A DNA stretch of 64,000 nucleotides from Macrostomum lignano (lineage: Eukaryota). Positions 1 through 12,629 of this stretch are shown here, one piece after another (positions within the stretch are counted from its first letter, which is position 1; the number at the start of each line of letters is the position of its first letter). The DNA is taken from positions 1 to 64,000 of the forward strand of contig NIVC01000600.1 of assembly GCA_002269645.1 (NCBI GenBank), given 5' to 3'. A model generated the notes under the pieces. That model ran no database searches and had not been told where the DNA came from. It was given only the letters and a program-made list of their open reading frames with translations. The translations under genes were made by a program, and so were the position numbers.

Positions 1-91
1 CATGCAATTATTAAAATTCCCTGCACTGCACTGGCACTGGAGTTTTTAGTTTCACTACTGTCCTGTCTTGTCCTGTCTTTCCTAGAATCTT

Positions 92-517
92 CACTGAAGC
101 TGTCCTGTCTCCACTGAAGCTGTCCTGTCTCCACTGAAGCTGTCCTGTCTCCACTGAAGCTGTCCTGTCTCCACTGAAGCTGTCCTGTCTCCACTGAAGC
201 TGTCCTGTCTCCACTGAAGCTGTCCTGTCTCCACTGAAGCTGTCCTGTCTCCACTGAAGCTGTCCTGTCTTCACTGAAGCTGTCCTGTCTCCACTGAAGC
301 TGTCCTGTCTCCACTGAAGCTGTCCTGTCTCCACTGAAGCTGTCCTGTCTTCACTGAAGCTGTCCTGTCTTCACTGAAGCTGTCCTGTCTCCACTGAAGC
401 TGTCCTGTCTCCACTGAAGCTGTCCTGTCTCCACTGAAGCTGTCCTGTCTTCACTGAAGCTGTCCTGTCTTCACTGAAGCTGTCCTGTCTCCACTGAAGC
501 TGTCCTGTCTCCACTGA
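92..517. repeat. 20-bp minisatellite (CACTGAAGCTGTCCTGTCTC), ~21 copies
   Basis: Near-perfect 20-bp periodicity read directly; explains ORFs 11..334 and 371..595. Confidence 0.95.
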
Positions 518-911
518 ACAGTCTTTTGAAATCAGAAATCGTGACTTTTCGAAGGTTTTCAAGCGCAATTTTTTCCTGCCATTCAACATCGCCATTGCAG
601 TTTCATTTGGTTTTTCAAGTTTTTAATAAAATGAGAGAATCAATCCTGCTGGAAAAAACTATAAAGTAATTAGGTTTGTTAATAATTTTAATGGCAGACT
701 AATTATTAAATGCTGCTTGATAAAAAGCAAGCAGCCCAGGCCTAAAAAAATGGATCGAGAGTTGCACAAGAACTTCTTGCAGTTTTTATGCTTCCGTTCT
801 GATGCTCCACGAGGGCGCTTGCACTCGACAAGCAGGTAAGAGACTTGGCCTTTAGTCCGAGACACTGAGCTGTAGGTGAGATCGGATGAGAGGGCTCTGT
901 TGGGCAAGAAG

Positions 912-1655
912 GGGAGGCAGGGGAGGCAGGAGGGGTAGAAGAGGCAGGGGAGCAGGAGAGGCAGGGGAGGCAGGGGAGGCGGGGGAGGCAGGGGAGGCAG
1001 GGGAGGCAGGGGAGGCAGGGGAGGCAGGGGAGGCAGGGGAGGCAGGGGAGGCAGGGGAGGCAGGGGAGGCAGGGAGGCGGGAAGGCAGGGGAGAGGGGAG
1101 GCGGGGGAGCAGGGGAGGAGGGGAGGCAGGGGGCAGGGGAGGCGGGGAGGCAGGGGAGGCGGGGAGGCAGTGAAGGCAGGGGAGGCAGGGAGGCAGGGAG
1201 GCAGGGAGGCAGGGAGGCAGAGAAGGCAAGTGGGCAGGGGAGGCAGGGGGGCAGGGGAGGCGGGGAGGCAGGGGAGGCAGGGGAGGCAGGGAGGCAGGGG
1301 GCGGGGGAGGCAGGGGAGGCGGGGAGGCAGTGAAGGCAGGGGAGGCAGGGGAGGCAGGGAGGCAGGGAGGCAGGGAGGCAGAGAGGCAAGGTGGGCAGGG
1401 AGGCGGGGGAGGCAGGGGAGGCAGGGGAGGCGGGGAGGCAGGGGAGGCAGGGGAGGCAGGGGAGGCAGGGGAGGCGGGGAAGGCAGGAGGCAGGGGAGGC
1501 GGGGGAGCAGGGGAGGCAGGGGAGGCAGGGGAGGCAGGGGAGGCGGAGGCAGGGGAGGCGGGGGAGGCAGTGAAGGCAGGGAGGCAGGGGAGGCAGGGAG
1601 GCAGGGAGGCAGGGAGGCAGAGAAGGCAAGGTGGGCAGGGGAGGCAGGGGAGGAG
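912..1655. repeat. G-rich GGGGAGGCA-type low-complexity satellite
   Basis: Dozens of 8-10 bp GGG(G)AGGC(A/G) units; explains the Pro/Leu/Ala- and Gly/Arg/Glu-rich ORFs at 659-1737. Confidence 0.95.
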
Positions 1656-2107
1656 AGGCACATGCAGCATCTTGTCCTCATCAAGTAAGGACAGGCATGA
1701 GTGCCCCATAGTAATCTTGGTTGCTGAATTTCAGTAGGCGCTGAGGTGCTTTGAGTTGCAGCGCCATTTTCCCAATTGGATTATTCCCCAGCTCCAGGCC
1801 GGGAAGCATCCCATGGGAGCATCAAGTTGGGATTCTGGGGCTTGAGTAAATTTTATCAGATGATCGCCGAAATCAATTTGAAAATGCAGGCAGAAGTGTG
1901 CAAGAAATTGATGGGCCCTGAGCTGATGAAGGAAGGCACACATCTCCTGCCAGTTCTGTCCTTCATTCCAGTTAACTCAATCCCATTTCAAGTGCCGATA
2001 TCTGGCGCTCACAAATGGAGCATTATCTTTTCGAATGCAGTCTAAGTTTGTTGTGCCAGTAGGACAGTAGTTTTTTTATATTGCAGCGTTCAAATTTACT
2101 GTCTATG

Positions 2108-2680
2108 ACTCTGATCATAGACCCATTCACTCTGATCATAGACCCATTCACTCTGATCATAGACCCATTCACTCTGATCATAGACCCTTTCACTCTGATC
2201 ATAGACCCATTCACTCTGATCATAGACCCATTCACTCTGATCATGGACCCATTCACTCTGATCATAGACCCATTCACTCTGATCATAGACCCATTCACTC
2301 TGATCATAGACCCATTCACTCTGATCATAGACCCATTCACTCTGATCATAGACCCTTTCACTCTGATCATAGACCCATTCACTCTGATCATAGACCCATT
2401 CACTCTGATCATAGACCATTCACTCTGATCATAGACCCATTCACTCTGATCATAGACCCATTCACTCTGATCATTGACCCATTCACTCTGATCATAGACC
2501 CATTCACTCTGATCATAGACCCATTCACTCTGATCATAGACCCATTCACTCTGATCATAGACCCATTCACTCTGATCATGGACCATTCACTCTGATCATA
2601 GACCCATTCACTCTGATCATGGACCCATTCACTCTGATCATAGACCCATTCACTCTGATCATAGACCCACTCACTCTGAT
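2108..2680. repeat. 21-bp intronic minisatellite (ACTCTGATCATAGACCCATTC), ~27 copies
   Basis: Direct periodicity; ends ~25 nt from the GPCR exon-3 donor at 2704. Confidence 0.95.
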
Positions 2681-2704
2681 CACCACCCACACTCGGTGAC
2701 TCAC

Positions 2705-2942
2705 CCCTCCATTGGCGAAGGCGTGCCACCCTAGAATGGGAATAATCCACAGAGCGGATGCGAGCCACACCAGGAAGATCATGATGCGAGCCCGAGTTTT
2801 GGTCCGCTGGTGCAAGTAGAGCAGAGGGCTGGACACGGACCAGTAGCGGTCCAGGCTGAGGATCAGCAGGTTCAGAATTGACGCGGTGCTGGCAGTGTAG
2901 TCCACAGCGAGCCACAGCTGGCACAGGGCTCTGCCGAATTTC
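2705..2942 (-). CDS. HRH1: Histamine H1-like class A GPCR, coding exon 3 (TM3-DRY-TM4): W|KFGRALCQLWLAVDYTASTASILNLLILSLDRYWSVSSPLLYLHQRTKTRARIMIFLVWLASALWIIPILGWHAFANGG
   Basis: CAG acceptor at 2945-2943 and GTGAGT donor at 2704-2699; phase 2 matches exon 2. DYTASTAS, DRY and RTKTRA closely resemble H1-type aminergic receptors, with the TM3 amine-binding Asp present. Confidence 0.9.
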
Positions 2943-2971
2943 CTGTGCGGCATGGTTTAGTGGTGTCCAAG

Positions 2972-3495
2972 AGGCTAGATTAGCAATCCATTCTATTCCT
3001 GCATCCTCAATGATGTTGGCTAGATTAGCAATCCATTCTATTCCTGCATCCTCAATGATGTTGGCTAGATTAGCAATCCGTTCTATTCCTGCATCCTCAA
3101 TGATGTTGGCTAGATTAGCAATCCATTCTATTCCTGCATCCTCAATGATGTTGGCTAGATTAGCAATCCATTCTATTCCTGCATCCTCAATGATGTTGGC
3201 TAGATTAGCAATCCATTCTATTCCTGCATCACCAATGATGTTGGCTAGATTAGCAATCCATTGTATTCCTTCATCCTCAATGGTGTTGGCTAGATTAGCA
3301 ATCCATTCTATTCCTGCATCACCAATGATGTTGGCTAGATTAGCAATCCATTGTATTCCTTCATCCTCAATGGTGTTGGCTAGATTAGCAATCCATTCTA
3401 TTCCTGCATCACCAATGATGTTGGCTAGATTAGAAATCCATTGTATTCCTTCATCCTCAATGGTGTTGGCTAGATTAGCAATCCATTCTATTCTT
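2972..3495. repeat. 45-bp minisatellite, ~11-12 copies; same family as the 42-bp array at 40230-40876
   Basis: Unit GGCTAGATTAGCAATCCATTCTATTCCTGCATCCTCAATGATGTT; its reverse complement aligns with the 42-bp unit with one 3-nt indel. Confidence 0.95.
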
Positions 3496-3702
3496 TCAGT
3501 ACACCATGAACTTTCTACTATGTACTTTAACAACAACAAGAAGCGGCATTTTAACTGAAAGACATGAACTGCAGGGCGTCTCTCAAGTGGCTCAGCAAGG
3601 GCAGGCAGCTCAAGCAGCATTAATTTAATAAAACTTGGTCTGAAATTTAAGCTGAAGGCTTCGAAGACTTGACTTTTTTATGAAAAAAAACTGATTTTAT
3701 GA

Positions 3703-3928
3703 AATCAGTGGCATTCTCTCATCTATCAGTGCCATTCTCCCATCTATCGGTGCCATTCTCTCATCTATCGGTGCCATTCTCTCATCTATCAGTGCCATTC
3801 TCCCATCTATCAGTGCCATTCTCCCATCTATCGGTGCCATTCTCCCATCTATCAGTGCCATTCTCCCATCTATCAGTGCCATTCTCCATCTATCAATGCC
3901 ATTCTCCCATCTATCAATGCCATTCTCC
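3703..3928. repeat. 21-bp minisatellite (TCAGTGCCATTCTCCCATCTA), ~10 copies
   Basis: Direct periodicity; lies ~65 nt into the intron after the exon-2 donor. Confidence 0.93.
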
Positions 3929-3994
3929 GCCACCGAACTCTGCGGGGCCGCTCCCCAACTCATGAAGCGCAATAAATCATAACCCCGCACTCAC

Positions 3995-4092
3995 CAGCTG
4001 TCGGACAGCACGTACACAGCGGAGATCGGCATGACAAAAGTGCCAACCGTGAGATCGGCCGCGGCCAGAGACACAATGAACATGTTGCACAC
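3995..4092 (-). CDS. HRH1: H1-like GPCR coding exon 2 (TM2): VCNMFIVSLAAADLTVGTFVMPISAVYVLSDS-W
   Basis: CAG acceptor 4095-4093, GTGAGT donor 3994-3989; NxFIVSLAxADL..G..VMP is the class A TM2 motif; 98 nt, phase 0 to 2. Not in the ORF track. Confidence 0.9.
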
Positions 4093-4244
4093 CTGTTGAT
4101 AAATCATTTTATTGTCAATAATCTCAGGTAATAAAAGTTATAATTTTATTAGCTTCTATAGTAAACTTTTGACTGCTTAAGACAATGAAACTCATTTTAA
4201 ATCAAAAATTGACTTGTCATACACTCACCATTAGTCATATATTC

Positions 4245-4748
4245 ACTGTTGATGGCCATACACAAATTGTTGATCATCGACTTACTGTTGGTCATACACT
4301 CACTGTTGGTCATACAACACACTGTTGGTCATAAACTCACTGTTGGTCATAGACTCACTGTTGGTCATACACTCACTGTTGGTCATAGACTCACTGTTGG
4401 TCATACACTCACTGTTGGTCATACACTCACTGTTGGTCATAAACTCACTGTTGGTCATAGACTCACTGTTGGTCATAGACTCACTGTTGGTCATACACTC
4501 ACTGTTGGTCATACACTCACTGTTGGTCATACACTCACTGTTGGTCATAGACTCACTGTTGGTCATAGACTCACTGTTGGTCATAGACTCACTGTTGGTC
4601 ATAGACTCACTGTTGGTCATACACTCACTGTTGGTCATACACTCACTGTTGGTCATACACTCACTGTTGGTCATAGACTCACTGTTGGTCGTAGACTCAC
4701 TGTTGGTCATAGACTCACTGTCGGTCATAGACTCACTATTGGTCATAC
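4245..4748. repeat. 18-bp minisatellite (ACTCACTGTTGGTCATAG/C), ~27 copies
   Basis: Direct periodicity; explains ORFs 4249-4941. Confidence 0.95.
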
Positions 4749-5369
4749 ATATGGGCAGCCAAGCACATTATCAACGTACCATATCATTCCTTACCATTTT
4801 TATCTGTGCACTTTAATACCCCTGAGCCAGGACCCTCTGATCTGCTGCGGGTCAAGACCATTGATATTTAAACTCACAGCCCCCCCCCAGAAGCAGAGAC
4901 TATGCAAATGGCTTCCACTGGAACAGAGCAGCTCTCTTTGAGGCCGCGGCTTCCTGACTCAGGATGTGGCCAGGAGATTGCTAATTTCATATTTCTCCTG
5001 TCAGCCCCGCTCCTCTTCCGCCTCAATCTTGTTGCCAAGCTAAAATTAGCAATTCTGCTTTCTCTCAAAGACAGACATCAGCGATTCTGCTTCCGACTCT
5101 AGGAACCGCTGGTCGACATTTTGCTGACAAAGAAAAACTGCCAAACAGGCATTGCTGGCTTTGCTCTGCCATAACGAATTTAAGAATAAAGTATAAGAAC
5201 ACTGAAGAGTGGTAGAGGAGGAAGTTAAAAAAAATTTCCGGATTCTTTACCATGGGAAAAACTGTTTAACCGACAAACATCCTATACTGCAGTTATGCTC
5301 GTAAACAAATTTAAAACATTTTGATTTAGTAAAAAACATTGATAAAAATATTGATAATAGAATGACAAG

Positions 5370-5795
<426 letters not shown>

Positions 5796-6317
5796 TGCAG
5801 GCATAATACGCTCATACTATGCCCTCCCGCCATCCCCAAAGAAAAGAAGGAACTGTCAATCACTTTGCTCTTCGTTTCATTCCCAATATTTTCACGAAAA
5901 TTTCCGATATGAAATTCGAAACCAGAATCTCGGGCACACAAACAATCAAGTGTTATTCGATCACGGCGGTGCATCTCTCGGTCGCATCTCTCTCACTGCA
6001 GTCCAACAGTGCAGCAAACTGAAACTCCACAACTGCAGGCCAGAAGTTTATGTTCTTCTTCGCGAGAAACTACTGCCGAAGCATTCTTATGTTTACAAGG
6101 CCTGATTAGTCATGCAAATTTAGTCGGCGCATGACATCCCCCCTAGATTAGCGTGTGTCAAGTTGTGGTTGACTCAAGCAAACAGTTGGTCTGGATAGCA
6201 GCTGACTTGTTGTTGCATGTTAAAGGCTGAGTAAACAGGGATTTGAGACCAGAGACTGAGTGAGACTCGAGTAGTGTAGGAGGTAGACTGACGGGATTTG
6301 AGAAGTAGTGCATGCAT

Positions 6318-7050
6318 GGGCTGAGAAGTAGGGCACGGGGTGGATGCGGTCTGAGAAGTAGGGCACGGGGTGGATGCGGTCTGAGAAGTAGGGCACGGGT
6401 GGATGCGGTCTGAGAAGTAGGTCACGGGGTGGATGCGGTCTGAGAAGTAGGGCACGGGGTGGATGCGGTCTGAGAAGTAGGGCACTGGGTGGATGCGGTC
6501 TGAGAAGTAGGGCACGGGGTGGATGCGGTCTGAGAAGTAGGTCACGGGGTGGATACGGTCTGAGAAGTAGTGCACGGGGTGGATGCGGTCTGAGAAGTAG
6601 GGCACGGGGTGGATGCGGTCTGAGAAGTAGTGCACGGGGTGGATGCGGTCTGAGAAGTAGGGCACGGGGTGGATGCGGTCTGAGAAGTAGGGCACGGGGT
6701 GGATGCGGTCTGAGAAGTAGGTCACGGGGTGGATGCGGTCTGAGAAGTAGGGCACGGGGTGGATGCGGTCTGAGAAGTAGGTCACGGGGTGGATGCGGTC
6801 TGAGAAGTAGGGCACGGGGTGGATGCGGTCTGAGAAGTAGGGCACGGGGTGGATGCGGTCTGAGAAGTAGGGCACGGGGTGGATGCGGTCTGAGAAGTAG
6901 GGCACGGGGTGGATACGGTCTGAGAAGTAGTGCACGGGGTGGATACGGTCTGAGAAGTAGGGCACGGGGTGGATGTGGTCTGAGAAGTAGGGCACGGGGT
7001 GGATGCGGTCTGAGAAGTAGGGCACGGGGTGGATGCGGTTCGAGAAGTAG
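6318..7050. repeat. 30-bp minisatellite (GAGAAGTAGGGCACGGGGTGGATGCGGTCT), ~24 copies
   Basis: Direct periodicity; ends ~35 nt from the exon-1 donor at 7086. Confidence 0.95.
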
Positions 7051-7086
7051 CTAAGGTAGTTAGAGGCTCCAGCCGCCCGTACTCAC

Positions 7087-7248
7087 AGTTTGCAGCCGTT
7101 TCTCCGTCCGCACGGCGTGCAGCACCATGGCGTTGCCGAGACAGGTTGCCAGGCTCACTGTGCTCAGCAGCAGGCCAAGGAACACCCGGCTGACAACGGC
7201 GCCGGATAGCGGCGCGTCCCAACTGGAGTTTTGGGTCGAATTCGACAT
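7087..7248 (-). CDS. HRH1: H1-like GPCR coding exon 1 (N-terminus and TM1): MSNSTQNSSWDAPLSGAVVSRVFLGLLLSTVSLATCLGNAMVLHAVRTEKRLQT
   Basis: ATG at 7248, two N-glycosylation sequons (NST, NSS), TM1 GN motif, GTGAGT donor at 7086-7081; 162 nt, phase 0, joins exon 2 as ...RLQT|VCNMF. Confidence 0.9.
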
Positions 7249-7917
7249 CTTCGGATGCAGACAGAAATGACGCGTTCGTTATTAAACGTCATTGTGCTAA
7301 TCAGATTTAAGTCGGCGTTCCTGCAAGCTCTCGAAGCAGAACTCGGGAAATTTCTATTGGCCTTGAAGCTGGAAGCCATGTCATTGGCTGGCTGAGAAGG
7401 TAGGGCTTTTTAATTCAAGTAATGGTTCGATGTTTAACATAAACTAATTGCAGAAAAATGCTCCCCGGAGTACCGCTTGCTTGAAACAACACGTGCATGC
7501 ATAAATTGGCTTCATCTATACTTCATCTGATTTAGAAATGCAGCCAGGTACGCACGAACACCGAGATGGAACTGGCTGAGACTACAATTAGACTGCGGAT
7601 CTGACGATGAATGATTATTCCCGAAAAATGTTTTGAAAGAGAGGCCGGGCATTCCGAAACATCTGCCGATTTCCGATGCTCAGGAATCGGTGCGGCTGAG
7701 TCTGACTGAGTCTGACTGTTGACATTCCGCCATCATTGCCCCGACTGAGAGAGAAGCCCCTTCGTCCATGTTTCTGTTGGGGAGCTCTGTGGCTTCCCAA
7801 AACACTCTTCTTGGGCTGATCTGCACTGGCAATCATGCACTTCCCTCGTGCCCATCCTATAGGAATGAATTAAACCTAATCAGTCCATTTTGTAAGCTAC
7901 TAGCTTGTAGCTTATTC

Positions 7918-8290
7918 TTGCGAGTGTGCAGGACTTGTTTCTCTGTGCAAGACCTTGCGAGTGTCCTGAAGTGCAAGACCTGCATCTCTGTGCAACACCT
8001 GCGAGTGTCCTGTGCAACACCTTGCGAGTGTCCTGTGCAACACCTTGCGAGTGTCCTGTGCAAGACCTTGCGAGTGTCCTGTGCAACACCATGCGAGTGT
8101 CCTGTGCAAGACCTTGCGAGTGTCCTGTGCAACACCTTGCGAGTGTCCTGTGCAAGACCTTGCGAGTGTCCTGTGCAACACCTTGCGAGTGTCCTGTGCA
8201 AGACCTTGCGAGTGTCCCTGTACAAGATCTGCATCTCTGTGCAACACCTTGCGAGTATCCTGTGCAAGACCTTGCGAGTGTCCTGTGGAG
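7918..8290. repeat. 23-bp minisatellite (CAA[C/G]ACCTTGCGAGTGTCCTGTG)
   Basis: Direct periodicity with alternating caac/caag variants; explains the Cys-rich ORFs at 7768-8497. Confidence 0.92.
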
Positions 8291-8710
8291 AACTCTTCCA
8301 ATCCGCCTGACCATCAAACGCCAGCCAAGGGTTTCAGATACGAGTAGCGGTGCGACAACAACTGGAAGAGAGGCGAGTTCAGTCCGAGAAAAGGGAGTGC
8401 AAGACTCCCATGCAAGAAGTGTCTGACAGAAGCATTCACTGAAAGCTCGGGATTGCGTAGCTGCACTTCTAGTCCGGTAGAGTTCTTTCAAGCACACGAC
8501 GTCGTTACGTCGTAAGGGGAAATGAAGGCGAGGATCGGAACAACCAGAACAAGCAGAATGTCATTCTTCTTGAAGCTCTCATTGGTTTCGGAACGGCAGC
8601 CATAAAATTCATATAATCGCAGGTAGTTTAACGCATCTTTGTGTGTGCCATGGATAGTTGAAATACTACGTGGCACAATTTTAAACTCGTTTCAGTTAAA
8701 TACATAATAA

Positions 8711-9461
8711 TATAGCATTTTGCAGCCCATTTGGGCTTACGCGCATTTAATTTAATCCAAGATACATTTGCCAATGTAACAGAGCTTTTGTCTATGGTAG
8801 CAAGGCTGGCGCAGCGGCATTTAATTTGGTCCAAAAAGCATCCATTTGGTCCAAACACTCGTGAGCCATTGGACAAACTCTTGCCTTCTCGCAACCGTCT
8901 GCAGGTTGTTGCGCACCGCTGGAATGTCAGCGTCTCTTACCAAAAGTTTTCAGTTGCTTTTCCAGAGCTCTGCTGATAGTCGAAATCTGATAACCAACTG
9001 GAGCTGTTCCCTCAACTTCTGCTGCATTTCGGCAACGTCAACAAAGGGTTCGTCTCCACTGCATCGAGTAGCAGTTGGACCTGAGGCTCTCGAGCAACTT
9101 TCCTTGGCGATTGCCACCCTTTCGCAGGCAATCTCTGCCGGCAGAGTTTCAACGCGCTGCTAGATGCTGTAAACCACCATTTCTTTCACATTCAGCAACC
9201 TTGCAATGTCCTTTGGGTGTTCACCTCCGTCGAGTGCTTCGATCACAAGCCAATGACATTCGTTCAATAGCCTAGCATATGGTCCACAATTCTGGGACTG
9301 AGCTGCAAATGAACTAAATGGACCAAATTGATGCTTGTTGGACCAAATTAAATGCCGCTGTGCCAGCCTTGCTACCATAGACAAAAGCTCCATTGCTTTG
9401 ACAAACATATCTTGGATTAAATTCAATGCGCGTAACCCTAAATGGGCTGCAAAAAGCTATA
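8711..9461 (-). mobile_element. Non-autonomous IS630/Tc1/mariner-type element with ~150-bp TIRs and a decayed N-terminal transposase segment
   Basis: 8711-8852 is an imperfect reverse complement of ~9320-9461, with TA-rich ends. The minus-strand interior reads across stops and frameshifts as VIEALDGGEHPKDIARLLNVKEMVVYSI*...QLLLDAVETNPLLTL.EMQQKLREQL...STISRALEKQLITL, typical of paired-HTH N-termini of IS630/Tc1 transposases. Confidence 0.8.
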
Positions 9462-10017
9462 TGTTATGTAAGTAATGTTCAGCGGGTTGAATTCTATTAT
9501 ATAGTGGGGTTGTCTGCCTCGCTCCCTTTTGGCTATTAGACGAATGATGACACGGAGCTTTGACACGAAAAATTTTAAACATCGATGAATAGATGACAAT
9601 AATGAAGATAGGAGATAGTGCACGTAAGAATGGGGCTCTAGTTTTGTTCTTCTTTTGTTTTACTCATAAAAACAGCATCGTGAGTAAAATTTAATCTCCC
9701 TTGAAACATTTTAAAAATTAAAATAATCTACAATAATTTTTAGAAAACAGACGATCTTTTAGATATAATGCCTGCCTGAATATCTGTCTAGAAAACCCAC
9801 CCATGCAATTTAGTCAGCAAGTTTATTTCTATTATGCTCACAGACACAGGTCGCAGCTCGTGCAGTATTCTAAAATTTCTCATGTAATATTATTACATGA
9901 TATGAATAAGTAGGCCTATATTCTTCTATAGAGTATAAAAGTACATTAGCCTTTTATTTTATCCACATTAATTTTAAACTATGCCCTATAATATTGAAGT
10001 TAGGCCTAGATACTAAT

Positions 10018-10135
10018 CAGGGGTGTAGCCAAGGGGAGTACACGGACACCAGGGGCATGCTTCCATTGCTAACATTGGAAATGGATTGATGTCTTTGTCC
10101 CCCCTCCCTTGACATGAATCCTGGCTATGCACCTG
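10018..10135. mobile_element. 118-bp hAT-type MITE
   Basis: Ends CAGGGGTGTAGCCAAG and CCTGGCTATGCACCTG are imperfect inverted repeats; flanks ATACTAAT (10010-10017) and ATATTAAT (10136-10143) form an 8-bp TSD with one mismatch. Confidence 0.7.
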
Positions 10136-10609
10136 ATATTAATTCTAATATTTTTTTACTTGTAATAAATATATCAAGATTAGAGTTAGACCTCTAGGCC
10201 ATCTGAAAATAAAAACTACAAATGGATGAAAGTCACTAAAAGAGCCTAATATTGCAAGATTGCTCATTCCTTTAGCATATTCATTTATTTTAATCATTTA
10301 ATTTTATTAATTAATTAATTCTCTATTATTAGATTTTTTAGATTTCAAAGCTTATGGGGCATCGCTGAGATGTCAAGGGGGAGTTGATATATTAAGGCTT
10401 GTGGGGAGAATTGTTGACATGTCAAGGCTTACAAGGGACTGCTAGGATAAAATGCAAAGAGACGCTACATGTAGTTTATTAAACCAACTTGTACTGCATT
10501 TTTGGCTCCCGAATGGGGGGCGCTGATTGCTAGTTTCTTTTAGATTTCTTAAAGCACAGCTTCTCTAAACATAGCATGCTAGCATTATCTTGGGCATCCT
10601 GCTGTCTAG

Positions 10610-11270
10610 TTGGTGGGTCCATGAGAATTGCCCGCAGATGAATTGCCTGCCAAGATTTGCCCATAGGAGATGGGCTTTTTCTGCCAAGATTTGCCTGCAG
10701 TGCATTTTGCCTATGAGGGAATTGCCCATGGAGATTTGCCTGCCAAGAATTGCCTATTGAGATTTGCTCACAGTGCATTTTGCCTGTGAGCAAATTGCCC
10801 ATAGAGATTTGCCCGCAATACAATTTGCCCTCAAGTGGATTGCCTGCAAGCGAGTTGCCCGTAGAGTTTTTCCCATTGTGGTTTGCCTACAATGCTTTTT
10901 TATTGCAGATTTTGTCTGCATTGCCTTCCCAATGCTTATTATATGTAATACATCTTAGTAAAAAGATTTACACCAAAACTTTTTGATAGTAATTGCATAT
11001 CAACTGCATATTTTTGGGGGGCCAGGCAATACAGACAGAATCTAGCTACCAAATCTACTGTAGTAAAAAAGCATTGTGGGCAAACCTTGGCAGGAAAAAA
11101 CTCTTCAGGCAACTCGCTCATGGGCAATTCATTGCGGGCAAATTGCACTGCGAACAAATCTCGGCAGGCAATTCTCGGCAGGCAAATCTCCACAGGCAAT
11201 TTACTCACAGGCAAAATGCACTGTTTACAAATCTCTTTAGGCAAATCTTCTGCAGGCATTTCTCGTGCTC
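10610..11270. mobile_element. Foldback-like element with internally repetitive inverted arms
   Basis: The left arm ~10610-10930 (TTGCC units at roughly 15-bp spacing) aligns with the reverse complement of ~11020-11270 (GGCAA units). Confidence 0.7.
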
Positions 11271-11632
11271 CCCTAATTGGTATTGTCATTATCTATCCTA
11301 CTCCATTTCACTGTATGCCTATGTTGTTTGCCACATCAGTGATAAATTAGACTTTGTCCAACTACACTTTGCTACCAAAAATGTACTATAGAAAATAAAG
11401 AGACCAATTGTCTATCAAACTGTATAGAGCTGAGGCTTAAGCAAGACAATAAATAATAAGATAAACATTCTAGATAAAGATAAAGATAAACATTCCTTTT
11501 CAAAAAGATATTTATTTGTAGTCAAATTATCAAACTAGAGTAGAGTGGGTAAGTGAAACACTGCCTAGGCTAGATCAACACTCATAGCAAACTAATAGCT
11601 ACTTAAACTAGCTAAGTATATATAAATATACT

Positions 11633-11692
11633 GCTGGGTGGCAGAGCAGCTTAGCATCTGACTCTTGCACTACAGTCCTTGGTTTGATTTAA
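11633..11692 (+). mobile_element. Possible decayed tRNA-derived SINE head
   Basis: GCTGGGTGGCAGAGCAGCTTAGC...CTTGGTTTGATT resembles RNA Pol III A-box and B-box motifs at tRNA-like spacing; no full cloverleaf. Confidence 0.35.
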
Positions 11693-11937
11693 TGTGTGGC
11701 CACATTCATTTGGGGCTTGTTTAACAAAATTTTCCAAGGTTATGTGATTCACACTTATGAAGACCAACCCCCTCAAAGCATAGAGTTTACATGACTAGAA
11801 AGAAGCATAGAATATATATTTCTGTACATTTCAAATTTTTTTTCTGAATTCTATATTTCTGTGAATTGTAACTCACACACACCTTTACCAAGACACCATC
11901 AATAGAGTACATGAGGTGCTACTAGCTTAGAAGTGAC

Positions 11938-12378
11938 CACAGATACTGGAATAACTAGATGGGCATATTTTCGTGCAAACTACTTTCAGTTCAGTAGTAA
12001 GTAAGTTAAACTGAAGCATTTTAATGTATTTACAAGACAAGGCTCATTTATTGGCTCTTACCCCCCAAGCTTAAACCCCCCAACTGCGCCTTTCCACGCT
12101 ACACCCCTGCCCCACCCCAATTTTTATTGCCTTTCTTGGAATTCCAGTTTAATGTTGCCATGTACATTTCAGTGGCTGACTAATATACATTATTGCTGAA
12201 CCAATTAGCAAGTTGTTTACGCCTGCTTGTGGGCTTCTAATTTTATCAAAGTCATTTTAGCTGCCTTTATTTCTATAAAATAGCTTATGTATTCTTCTTT
12301 GCTACTGAACTGTAAGTAGAAAACTGTTTTACTAAGTATATGTTCCAAGTGGCCCATCTAGTTATTTTAGTATCTGTG
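11938..12378. mobile_element. 441-bp hAT-type MITE just upstream of OST4
   Basis: TIRs CACAGATACT..AATAACTAGATGGGC and its reverse complement; perfect 8-bp TSD GAAGTGAC at 11930-11937 and 12379-12386. Confidence 0.85.
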
Positions 12379-12512
12379 GAAGTGACTTAAGAGAAGAGCT
12401 TTGATTTTTGGCCCTTGGCCTGTTTGACTAAACTTATCTGCCAATAAAAAAAAGTATTTCATATTTAGGTTAATTTCTTTAATTTTTTTCAATGCATGCA
12501 GACCCCTGCAGC

Positions 12513-12629
12513 ATGATCACGGACATACAACTGGCAATCTTTGCTAACCTGTTGAGTGTGTCCCTGTTCCTTTTGGTCATTCTCTACCACTATATTGTGG
12601 TAAATCAGGGTAAAAGTCGACCAGAATAA
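12513..12629 (+). CDS. OST4: Oligosaccharyltransferase subunit OST4 (38 aa): [38 protein letters not shown]
   Basis: Hand translation closely matches the known OST4 sequence ([27 protein letters not shown]...); single TM helix; preceded by a T-tract and CAG acceptor; below the 60-aa cut-off of the ORF track. Confidence 0.95.
   Translation: MITDIQLAIFANLLSVSLFLLVILYHYIVVNQGKSRPE

Noticed and set aside
659-1737. Long Pro/Ala/Leu-rich and collagen-like GEA-repeat ORFs
   Set aside because: They are translations of the GGGGAGGCA satellite, open in several frames on both strands with no consistent splice signals.
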